Origin: Amphiscolops sp. MND2022
Lineage: Eukaryota
Length of the DNA: 64,000 bases
Assembly: GCA_964187785.1 (NCBI GenBank)
Contig: OZ076409.1
Coordinates: 2,604,001 to 2,668,000 of the forward strand
Direction of reading: 5' to 3'
Shown here: positions 1 through 10,500 of the stretch, in pieces
How the letters are laid out: every line of letters begins with the position of its first letter
Position numbering within the stretch: the first letter of the stretch is position 1
Notes under the pieces: generated by a model
What the model was told of the DNA's origin: nothing
The model's input: the letters and a program-made list of their open reading frames with translations, nothing else
Databases searched by the model: none
Translations under genes and position numbers: made by a program

Positions 1-11
1 TGAGATTGGTT

Positions 12-749
12 TCAGTTCAGTGCATTGCAGAATCTGCATGGTCCGTTGTTGTTGGGTTTATTTCTCGGTCGCGTGTTAAATTTGTCCATTCTCTGTATTG
101 GTTCTTCTTTGATTACTTTTTCTCGGCTTGATATCAATGCTTCCGGTATTGTGTTTTTGTTGTTTTTCTTTTCATATGTATTCTGTTTAATCATTTCTAT
201 CGTTTTTTTCATCTCGGGTTTCTTCTCTTTCATTAGTTTGTCTCGGAGTTTTTTGTCCGTAATTGCGGTCATGAATTTGGAAATGAGTAGTTCTTCGGCT
301 GTTATGCTTTCAAAATTGCATTCTTTTTCGATTTCTATCATTCTCCGCCAAAAGTCCTCCGGTGTTTCGGCTTCAGTTTGTTTAGTCCAAAAGAATTCTC
401 CCCGGTTGTGATATGTATTTCTTTTCGGTAAGAAGTACTCGTTGAATAACCGAATTAATTCTTTGATTGCGATTTTGTCCGGCTCGGTCTTGTATTCTGC
501 TCTTGTCTTTTGGTATAGAGCATCTGGGCCAATACCCCATACAAAATCATCTTGTATCTGGTTTTCTTTTGTGGCCCAATCTGCTTGTGTCATTTCTTCA
601 CCCCGGATTAGTTCCGCAATGTCCATTTTGTATTTCCGTTTTGTGTATTGCCGGAATCGCTCAAGCCATTGCTTCGGTGTGAAGATTTTCTTTCCGTCTG
701 TTGTTGCTTCGAAGTTCGGCACCTCGAGTTGTGTTGCTTCTTGTGTCAT
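12..749 (-). pseudogene. gag: Mag-like Gag with a premature stop in the zinc knuckle
   Basis: Retrotransposon-gag-like motif FFWTKQTEAETPEDFWRRMIEIEKECNF. The ORF ends CRFCNALN-TGA just as a C-x2-C knuckle begins; a TGG>TGA change is plausible. Confidence 0.75.
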
Positions 750-788
750 TGTTTCTTTTTTTCGTCGAAATTAAGATAAGTTAGTTTG

Positions 789-800
789 CTGACTGCGCCA
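789..800 (-). promoter_or_regulatory. primer-binding site
   Basis: TGGCGCAGTCAG directly follows ...CAACA on the minus strand and precedes gag. Confidence 0.7.
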
Positions 801-1215
801 TGTTGTATTTCCACTTGGTAAGTTAAAAGACGAATTGCAGTACTAAAGTATCTTTGTGCCAAACTATATTCTATATCAAAACTAAGCAACAATTGTTCCA
901 AAAGATTAATCTAACATACTAATGTATATATAAATATGTATCAACAAAAATAGGAACGATTATAGTTTGTTGTTCAACAGTCTGTTTTCAGTTTGATTGG
1001 CCCTTGATGAACCGAATAAATTCGGACACGGTATCACACCGTATAACAAGATATAGCGCCGACTTTAGACGTTCTCGTCTTGTTTGTAGCAAGTTTGACC
1101 ACCATCCAAACTGGTAATTGTCGACTCATTTACGGAATCTTGGAACAAATGCGAAAAGTTGATATACTATTATGTTTCATCCGGAAAAGTTTCACTATGG
1201 GTTAGGATTTCTACA
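801..1215 (-). repeat. putative 5' LTR of the first element
   Basis: It ends in CAACA next to the PBS. A candidate start TGTAG lies at 1215, but there is no second copy to verify it. Confidence 0.5.
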
Positions 1216-1840
1216 TCACCAGTTTTTGGCTAATCACCGAACCGCTAATTTTAAAATCGCTATTTGGCTGAATAACTTTTTCTTTGAACTATTAATGCTT
1301 TTTGACTTCAGTGTGTTTTAAAATTGAACAATAACTTGTTTCAGTTTTTGCAAAAAAGACAGATTAGTTTCATACTAAGTTTTTCACGTGTAAGAGTTTG
1401 AAATTTTCGAAAATCATTCTGAAACTCCGTGTATATTTTGAATTTAAACAGTTTATTAGTTTCCGCTAATTTGATACGCTAATAAAATCGGTGAAAAACT
1501 TTGCGCGGGCGCTAATCGCTAAATCGATGATCACTCTGCTATAGATCCCCGCTTAAATAACAACTTTTCCTATATTGCTGTTCGAAGATATTGCTCTCTT
1601 ACTAAATTGGTTGCGGGTATGACATGTAAGCAAATGGGCACGAGTTTGAAAATTTTGAAAAAAAAAGAAACATTGAATCTGTTCAAAATGAAAACAAAAT
1701 TGAACTAGGACATTCACTTAGAAATCAGACATAAACGAGATGTTTTTTGATAATGATCATTTTTTTCTGTTTCCTAATTCCCCTCTCGGTCGGTACTTAT
1801 CCTGTCATAAAAGGTGATTTTGGAAGATTTTATTGCTTAA

Positions 1841-2204
1841 TGTCACGAGGTTGGTCCGAGCGGTGGACTATGAATTTTATAAAGAACATTTTGCATCGCT
1901 TTTATACTTCAGATTTAGCCTGGGTTATTTTCCTTTACTCAGAGTGAATAAAGTTTTGTTGAAGAAATTAGTTTTAATGTTGAAGAGAAGTTGAAGAGAA
2001 GTTACAACTGAGTAATATAATTTACAACAGTTAGAGCGAGTGTTCTTTAGATTGAAAAAGTTGTCTTCTGTTCTTGTGTTTAACCACTTCGTCGTATCGT
2101 CATCCATCTCAGTGTTGTCAGCCTCTGATTGGTCCACAACGTTTATTGGCTAAATACATTCTGTCATCGAATTATTGTAAATGTATCATGATTGTATCAT
2201 GACA
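1841..2204 (-). repeat. 3' LTR of Gypsy A
   Basis: Direct repeat of 14015-14378 with 10 substitutions counted by eye (~2.7%). Confidence 0.96.
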
Positions 2205-2216
2205 CTCCCCACTTTT
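2205..2216 (-). promoter_or_regulatory. polypurine tract of Gypsy A
   Basis: AAAAGTGGGGAG lies immediately upstream of the 3' LTR on the minus strand. Confidence 0.85.
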
Positions 2217-3240
2217 AAGAAAAAGGGGAACTGCCGGGTTGTAGTCCATTTCAGGGCGGAGATGGTGAAGTGGCATGAAACAAAAGAACGCAATGAATCC
2301 GTGAAACCAAGAAGAGCCAACACAAATGCCCGAAAGGAAAGAAAAATGAAAGAATACATATGACATAAGGGGGGTGTCTCGAAAGGAAGAAAGAAAAGAG
2401 CATGTGAAGCATGCGATGCAGAAAAGGTTATGCTAAAGGTTACAAGGAGTGACTAGATGAAAAGAAGGCAGCAAATCAGCAAACAGTGAATCAATATTGA
2501 CTGAGTGAAGTAGAGAAAGAGCAACGGTGTTTGTTAACAAAACTTATGCTCGAGAGGGCACGTGGCAACGTGTGCCAAGTGTAAGCTATGGTATTTGCTG
2601 AGCAAGAAAACGGGCTGCGATAGTCGCAGATAAGGCGAGAGAGGGCCTTGTCGATGATTAACAGTGCAAAGAAGAAATGACAGAAGGCGGAAACTTTTAT
2701 TATTACAGTGATCAGTTAATCTGTGTTTAACAAACACGAAGAGAAATTTACAACAAAACCAAAGCGGAAAGTGTACAATGTCTCAAGAAAGCAACATTGA
2801 TAGCGGATGTGGATTACAGAGTAAGCAGTAAGAGGGGGCCGGAGTCAAATGCGAAGCTATGACTCAAGAGCAAAAGACAATGAAATATACAACGAAAATA
2901 CAAGCGGACAAAAGATCGTCCAAAGGTCAGTGATAAAAATATCGGACTGTGATCAGGAAATATTAAAGAAGCAGGTATATATTAATGAGAAACAGAACTG
3001 CTGAGAAGACACCAAAAGGAAGGGGTTACAATATCATAGTAACAGAGCACATAATGTTTTGAAAAAAAGATTGATGGTAGAATCTGACTGTGAAGCAGTC
3101 AGAGACTGTTAGAGTGGAGCGGTGAAAGTTACTAACAGAGTAACATGAAAGTACAATAGAAATGTACTGAAAAGAACACACAGCACTCATGAGTCCAAAA
3201 GGACGGGCGAAATGGCGCTATCAGAGAACGCCTTGATAAA

Positions 3241-3858
3241 TCAGAGGGGGAGGGTTGTGTATCGTTGATCATCATGTGTATCATTTGGGTGTTCTGTAAG
3301 AAGACAACGACCCTGCCAACGGAAGTTGGGGTCGTTTTGTATGACACTCAGGTGCTGTTTAGGGACAGATAGCACGTGTTTCACTTTTACTTTCTGTTGC
3401 ATTTCATCTTTATCTTTGTAAGTGTGTTTGAATGGCATGAATTTATGTAAATTGTTACAACGATGAAAAATGTACATGAATAACAAATGTAACAGCATCG
3501 ATATTATAAAACTTGCTATGCCTATTAGTATAGTGGATGTAAAAGGGGTTACGTGGCTAAGTTCGCGTCGAAAAGGATTTTTCAAAGCAGTCATATGCAT
3601 GACATTTGGTTCAGCAAATTTTTGAAGCGCTTTTAGAAGATGGGCGAGGTCAGACTTGATGGAGACGGCGAACTGAGAGAAGGGAAGGAGAAATTCCACA
3701 TTAATAAACTTTTCAGCGAGCAATATTTTTTTGTTCTCATGAAAGATGATGCTTTTTTTCAAAGGACCATCAGAATCGTCGGAAGCAGCAATCGGCGATT
3801 GACTGATGCCCAAATATGGAAGGAAGAGAAACAAAAAAGATTTGCAAATCCCAAACAT
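3241..3858 (-). CDS. short env-like membrane protein (205 aa)
   Basis: Sense ORF in the usual env position. It has an N-terminal hydrophobic signal (MFGICKSFLFLFLPYLGISQS), one TM helix (TILIGIASFIISMLLHLLFMYIF) and a cytoplasmic tail. The ectodomain is only ~90 aa. Confidence 0.55.
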   Translation of the reverse strand: MFGICKSFLFLFLPYLGISQSPIAASDDSDGPLKKSIIFHENKKILLAEKFINVEFLLPFSQFAVSIKSDLAHLLKALQKFAEPNVMHMTALKNPFRRELSHVTPFTSTILIGIASFIISMLLHLLFMYIFHRCNNLHKFMPFKHTYKDKDEMQQKVKVKHVLSVPKQHLSVIQNDPNFRWQGRCLLTEHPNDTHDDQRYTTLPL

Positions 3859-4277
3859 TCTGCGAGATGGTTCAGGGCAAAACGCGATGGGACGATGATC
3901 TTTAGATTTATTGGTATGTGGAGAAATGTGATTTATAACAATGTGATATTTCGAATTGAAACTGCAAGTTTGTGAAAAGAAAATATCAAAGTTGAAATTC
4001 TTTTGTTCGAGTAGGTGGTGTGATCACAAGAAAGATTCAGAAGTCGAATGATCGATCAAAAATGGAAATCGTACGATATAAGGATGAACAAATGCGTAGT
4101 TTGCTATTTAAACCGGATGTTTGAGAAGTTTTGTCGAATCTTCAAGAAGTGAGACCAAGTGTCGTATTTGAGTTTTTGAATTATTCGTTTAATAAGTAGT
4201 CGTCATATTTGAGTCTCATTGTTTCAAACGTAAGTGTGTTTAACATGTGTATTCGAGTTCGTCTGAGTCTGTCAAAA

Positions 4278-4607
4278 ATGAATTGCCCAAAGGCAAGTTT
4301 CGAGGGTTTTATCCTCTGGTGCTGTCCCGAGGGGACATACGTGGAACGAGGGGGTCGACTCCTCTCGTTCACGAAAGTGCCCCGACCCGAGTGCTCTCCG
4401 CCAGTCGCGACAATGACTGAGAACACCGGGGGAAGTCAGGTCGGTGTGTGGGTGAGTCTGACGTTGTCAGTACTCATCACCATTTTTGTCTTTTTGTGTT
4501 GCCGGTTGTTCCGAAAGCAACAGCAAGAGTTTGCAGTCGAAGAGAAAAAAAGGAAGATCAAAAAGAGCGGCCTAAAAAGCAAAAGAAGAAAAGGTCTGTT
4601 GGCTTGA
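4278..4607 (+). CDS. small Cys-rich single-pass membrane protein (109 aa), antisense to Gypsy A
   Basis: ATG at 4278 within ORF 4209-4607. TM helix VGVWVSLTLSVLITIFVFL is followed by CC and a polybasic tail (KKRKIKKSGLKSKRRK). Confidence 0.5.
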   Translation: MNCPKASFEGFILWCCPEGTYVERGGRLLSFTKVPRPECSPPVATMTENTGGSQVGVWVSLTLSVLITIFVFLCCRLFRKQQQEFAVEEKKRKIKKSGLKSKRRKGLLA

Positions 4608-4950
4608 GAGCAAAAAAAGAGTTCGAAAGAAAACAAAAAGAAAGAAAAATGAAGAAGAACTAGACGGTGGAAGAGAAGAAAAAGCCAAAAAAAAAGAAAA
4701 TACTGTAGATACAAACAAAATGGAAAAAAGAAAGAAGAAAAGGAAAAAACAGTGAAACAGAAAAGAAGAAAAAAAAGTTGTATTTGTGTAGTACGATGTG
4801 TAAAACTAGATATAGTTGCTACGTTTGTATAAAATGTACTGGTAAAAAAGTACACAGAAAAGAGAAAGAAACGAAAAAAAGGAGTAAAAGGCCAGAAAAA
4901 AAGAAAAAAAAGTAGTCACAGTAAAGAAAGTAAAAAGTAAAAAGAAAGAG
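4608..4950 (+). repeat. A-rich purine low-complexity tract
   Basis: Runs of A punctuated by G over ~340 bp. Confidence 0.8.
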
Positions 4951-5080
4951 AAAAAAGAAATTTGGCTGAAACGTCTTTTGTATTAATCAAACAGTTGAAG
5001 TTAGAAGTGAGTAGCAGTAAAGAGAACGGTAGGTGGGTGTGGTCTAACAAAATCGTTGGTTTGTATTTCAGATCGTCATA

Positions 5081-6367
5081 ATGGAGAGATTTTTGCACGA
5101 AGCTATCGTGAAGTACTTGAATGATGGAGTGCTCGATACATCAGTATTAAAGACGTCAGAGAAGAGGGAGAACTTTAAGAAGGTGTGTCGCAGTCTGAAG
5201 GTGGAAAAGGGTGTGCTTATGTATAAGGGGAGAAGAAACGAGTTCTTGCCAGGTCCAACGCCAGAACAAGTGGACAATCTCCTATACAAAGTTCACGTGA
5301 TAAAGTGGAAAGAAGGAGAGAACGATGTCGGAAAGAAGCACTACCGGGGGGTACAGCTTCACATCGACGCCTTGTCTGGAGCCGGTTGGGCGTATCCAGC
5401 ATCACTGGGAGGCCTGAAGGCGCTAGCGGAAGAGTAAGTTACGTTTGACATTTTCTAATATATATTTACAATATGCGTTGTCCTTCGTGTAAGATATAGT
5501 GTGCAATATTCAACAAGAAATAGGAATGCAAAAAAGCACAGAGTATACAGATAGGAGTGTTAACAGGTTCTTGCATAATTGCCAAACCTGCTATTTTGAC
5601 AGTGAGGAGGGAAAGCGGGCACAATTGTATATGCCTGTACCGCTGAAACGGAGTGTCGAGCTTTGTGAAAAGTTCGATTATACATGTATTTGGGAACCCA
5701 TCAGTGGGAAAATGGCCAATAGCACGGCAGTGGTATTGGACTGTTCGAAGAGTAAGGAGCCATTGGGCGAGCTGGCAGAATTCGGAGGCGAGTGTTTCTT
5801 CTCCAGTGGATACTATTTGATGGTTGGAAGGAAATCAGGTAAGAGGATTTAAAAAAAAATTGTGAAGCATTAAAAAAACTGGGAGCAAAAAGTGTGTTAT
5901 ATATAGAACGGAAGAACAGTGCACCAAGTAGGAAGTGCAAGGGGCTGTGTGTGGCAGCTACAGAGGCGATGCAGACTGCCGAATTTAAGGAGTACTGCCG
6001 TTCATGTCTTGGGACCGCGCCCAACGATTTCTTGGGACAGGAGTGTGCAAAAGTGACGGCCAGCATTTCCGAGGAGGCGGTAAGGGTCAGATGGTGGATT
6101 TATTGTATGTGTATTTCCATTGTAAGGATGAGTGGCTATGTGGAGGCAAAAAAAATATTTCAGATCTTAGCAACTGCCTGGGTACTGCAAACAGACCTCA
6201 TTGTGTACTGGCAGTACTGGAATATGGGCGGATGGATCCGTTACAAATACGGACCATCAAGCAATAGGCGAGGTGGCAGCTTCTTGTGCCAAGCCATCCA
6301 GGGAGGCGAGAGGTTTCGGACTCGCTTCCATTGCGAACCATTACCCGATTTTCCTGAGCCAGAGTGA
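5081..6367 (+). CDS. predicted spliced antisense gene: integrase-type H2C2 zinc domain plus OTU-like domain; exons 5081-5433, 5567-5838, 5907-6079, 6164-6367 (333 aa)
   Basis: Three GT-AG introns (donors GTAAGT, GTAAGA, GTAAGG; 133, 68 and 84 nt) join in phase to 1002 nt. Splicing restores LKALAEE-FLHNCQTC and ISEEA-ILATAWVLQTDLIVY. Confidence 0.65.
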
Positions 6368-7513
6368 GTAATATCGAATATTACATAGAGAGTCAGTAAG
6401 TCTTTTAGTGTGATTCTATAAAAAGAGGGGTATGTTTATTAGATTACTGACATCAGTGAGGGTGCGAGGGCCTGTTGTGGATCCCTGGGAAGAGGAGGAA
6501 GAGCAGGGAGCCTGTGGAAGTAGCTCCATGCAAACATAAAGGTAAGAAAATGCGCTTGTTTATAGAAAAATATAGGAAAAATGAAAATTACCAATTTTTT
6601 TGCAAGTTTTTTGGGTCAAACTCCTATGAAAGCGATAGGTATGGGGTATTTTTTTGCATAGGAATATCATAGAAAACTAGGAGAGAGGTTTGGGTGCCAT
6701 TACAGTTGAGAAAAAGAGAAAATTACATAAAATTGGCAAAAAAGGCTATGGGAGACTAAAGGGCCAAAAAGTCCCCCATAAAAACTTTTTAATTTTTTTT
6801 TGGATTTTTCGGATTTTTTGGCCTAAATCAAAAATTTGGGGTAGAAAAGGGGGATCACCGCTATTCCGGGATCAAAATTCTAAAAAATGGGATTTTTAGG
6901 GGTCTTTGAGGGTCAGATTTTTCAGGGGTCAAAAAATGGTCAAATTTTTCTGAAAAACGGCTAAGTAAAAGAGGTTGGTATGGGACCAAGGGGCCTGAAA
7001 ACTATACCTAGGGGATGTGGGGGATCCCACAGTGAGAATGAGGTATCATTCAGGTCGATAAGGAAAGGGTATGAAACAATTTTTGGTCAAAAATTGTCAA
7101 AAAACAGCGATATTTGAAAAAAAAATCGAAAATTTCATCGAGAAATGTCAATAAAAAGGGGGTAATTCAGGGCTTTAGGTGGGTGAAATAGGAACTAGAG
7201 GGATAGCAGAGGGTAGTAGAAGGCGCAAAGGGTACATTAAGAAAGGTTAAGTAGGGAAAAAATAGAATACTTATCCAAAATCATGGAAAAAATGGGGTGA
7301 AAAATTACAGTAAAAAGTGGTGTTATTTTCATGGTTTGGAACTAAAAAAGGTTGTACGGCTCGGTTTGGGTCGTAAACGAGTGTCACGACAGTTAGAGGA
7401 AGCTGAGGTGGTGATCGCAACAGTGGATGTGGTGGTAGGAGTATTAGTGTTACGAAAACCAGTAGTTGGGACAGTGTGATTTCGAATAAAGGCAGCTAGG
7501 TCTGTGGTTTGTA

Positions 7514-10500
7514 TTACAGGAGTGGTTGATGGGCGGTATAACGGAGCTCCTTGTGAAAGAGAAGTAGTAGGGGGTTTATTACCGTAAAGGGTAGGGTTGT
7601 TGGGGTAGGAGTAGTAGGACGCGGAATGCGTGACGAGGGTGGGCGAATGTAGTAGGGTTTAGCATTGGGGTGACTTGAATAAGTAGGAGTATTATAACGG
7701 TCAAATAGGGGTGTGACGTTCGATCGAGGAGTAGTGGAAGTTGGCGAGGCAATGGCTCGTGCTCGATTTACGAGCGTGTCAGAAAATCCTGAAAACGAGG
7801 AGGAGGAGGAGGAGGAACTCTCATGACCGGGTGTATATATGGATATACGTCTAGAAGTTTGAGAGTCCAAACCTAATGATTCCGAGTCCAGGGTTGGCAT
7901 AGGTTTTTGGGTTAAACCAGAAGGACTAGGAAAGTAGGAAAGTGAGGTATGACTCGAAATAGGGGTAGAATGCATTAAAGGTGGGTAAGGCGTAGAAGAG
8001 GTAATAGTCGTTACTATACCCGAAGTCGGCTGTGCGACAGTAAAAACATCGTCAGAAGTATATGTTGTTTCTGGGGTGGGAAAAAACGAAAAATGGGGCA
8101 TATTTACTGATGAACAGGGTGTTCCTGAGGAAGAGGAAACGAAAAACGAATGATGGTGTTGATCTTGGAGTGGTACAGTCGAAGTATCAAGCCGAGCTTG
8201 ATAAATAACGGGAGGAAGATCAACATGATATTCTACGTGTGGGAAGTCGCGGTTAGGAGGGACTTCAGATTGAGGTAGGGCATGTAAAGGCTGCGGTAGA
8301 CCCGGAGGGGGAACCAGGAGAGCCTGAGGTGCCGGTGGTGCCGGGGGAGCCGGTGGTGGCGCCGGTGGCACACGGCGTGGAACATAATGGAATACGACGG
8401 CAGGCGTATCTTCAACTTCGTCAGCCGTTTTGAAGGTTCGATCGGTCAAAAGGTCTGGAAGAGCCTGGTCAAAAAGAGCAGGTTCTGACACAAGTCGAGT
8501 GGATGGATCAGGAACGAAATTAGACTGGTTAACATTATCAAGGTCATCGACTGTATATTGTGGGGTGATTGGACGAAGTCGAATTCGGTGTACACACTGA
8601 GTGTAATAGGTGCCTACCTTTCGAACGATGTAATTTGAGTTCGTTAGTACAGATTCAACTCTATACAGAGGTAGCCATTTGGTGAGCGATTTTCCCATAT
8701 GGTCGTTGGTATTTGAAAGTTTTGGATTCAAGAGTAAACAAAACGAATAATTTTTCAATGGGGCGGCTGACGCTTTTCGGTCATAAAAATGCCTGTATTT
8801 ATTGTAAGTAGTGATGGTAGCATCACGTGCTAGAGAAAAGACTTCGTTCATTTTATCTTGAAGAGTACTCGTGAATTCATAGCGTGTTTCAAGGGTTTGC
8901 AAAAGTTTATTATCAAACCGTAAATCAAGTTGTGAATGGGGTTGTCGGCCATGGAGCAAAAATGTTAGAGTGCATCCAATTGAAGCATGGTAAGCCGTAT
9001 TATGTACAAACACGGCCAGATCTACGTATTGGTGTTAATAACGTATAATTTTGTTCTCATATATGCCCAGATACTTTTTCAGAGACGCATGAGAGCGCTC
9101 GACGGACCCAACAGTTTGTGGGTGTTTCACAGTGGCATATTCTAGTTTGATTTCAAGTAATCGACTTAGTTCAGTCATGACACGGGAGGTAAACGCTGTT
9201 CCCATATCCGAAAGAACAACTTTTGGTATATAGGCGGATCTCATAAAAATATGAAATAACTGCTTCGCAACATTTGGTGCGCTGGCGTTGCGCAGAGGAG
9301 TCGCAAAAAGATATTTACTAAAAGTGTCTTTGGCTGTGAGGATATGTGTATACCCAGCAGAATCGGGTAGTTCACCTACAAGATCTACTTGAAGCATATC
9401 ACCTGGATAGTATTTGTCAGTTGCAAGGGACAAAAGTGGTGTTTTCAACGTTTGATGTTTAACGGGTTTGATTTGAAGACAAGAGCTACAATTTTTTACA
9501 TAAATGGCTAGAAATTCAACAAAACCAGGGAAACAGAAATGTTTACGAAAGAGTTCTGCTGTTTTAGCAAAGCCAGGGTGGCCTGCATACTTGCTATTAT
9601 GGACTCGATAGAGAACTTCATTTCGCAAATGTTTGGGAATGACATATTGGCGAATAAAATTTCGGCCAGTGTCATCAAAAAATTTACGGTATAAAAAACC
9701 ATGGTGATTTTCTAAACGGTCAATGTGTTTGAGATACATTCGAAGTTCGGTACTCATATGAGGAAAGTCAGAAGGCGGCCCTGTTTCCAACCATGATAAC
9801 ACTAATCTAATAGTGTTATCTTTCTGTTGTTCCTCACGCAAATTTAAGGGTGTTAATTTATCAGAAAGGTCCATATCATCCAAAGGGTTCGGAGAATGGA
9901 GGGTGTTAATTTCGGGAAAAGATTCACGGAGACTTTTCGGAAGATTGAACGTTTCACGGTCAAATTTGAATGAATTTACTGAGTTATCAGGAACCTGCAT
10001 GCCCAAATGGAGGTGGACATCAGCTACAGGTATTTTAGAATTGAAGCGGAGTTCTAGCTTAGTGTGTGGTTGGATATGGATTTATGGATTCTAGACAGAT
10101 AATCTGCCGCTGCATTGGCTTTTCCTGGTATGTGACCTAGGACAAAGTTAAAATTCAAAACGTGATCCACACACGTCCAAAGGCTTGACGGAATTGTTTT
10201 AGCTTAGAAAAATCCAGTTAGACTTTTATTATCGGTGAGAACTAACACTGGTTTAGAACTTCCCCATAAAATATGTGCAAATGTGTCAAACGCAAAGTGC
10301 ACAGCTAAAAATTCCTTAGCATAAAAGGACAGCTTTAGATAGGTTGGGGTGAAGATTTTAGAACCAAAAGAGACTGACACATATGTCTTGTGAGTTTTGC
10401 CTGTTTGATCAATGGAATAGTCTTCAATTAAGAGGACGTATACAGCTGCGTAGAAAAACTAGCATCAGTCAAGATTAAATTTTGTGCATTTGGTTTAGGT

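Larger units (their letters stand above)
1..1215 (-). mobile_element. 5' end of a Ty3/Gypsy (Mag-like) LTR retrotransposon, truncated by the window edge
   Basis: The order on the minus strand is putative LTR, then PBS (TGGCGCAGTCAG), then a gag-like ORF. The partner LTR is outside the window, so the 1215 boundary is inferred only from TGT...ACA termini. Confidence 0.75.

Noticed and set aside
1216-1560. possible MITE with repeated CGCTAAT motifs
   Set aside because: The motif recurs about five times, but I could not define TIRs or a TSD.
6004-6267. alternative last exon (acceptor at 6126, DEWLCGG...)
   Set aside because: It is in phase, but the acceptor at 6163 is stronger (TTTCAG) and restores the OTU-like motif. 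RNA data must decide.
7514-8400. chromodomain at the integrase C-terminus (A, also B near 25750-26160)
   Set aside because: The tails are P/S/T-rich low complexity with no aromatic-cage pattern.
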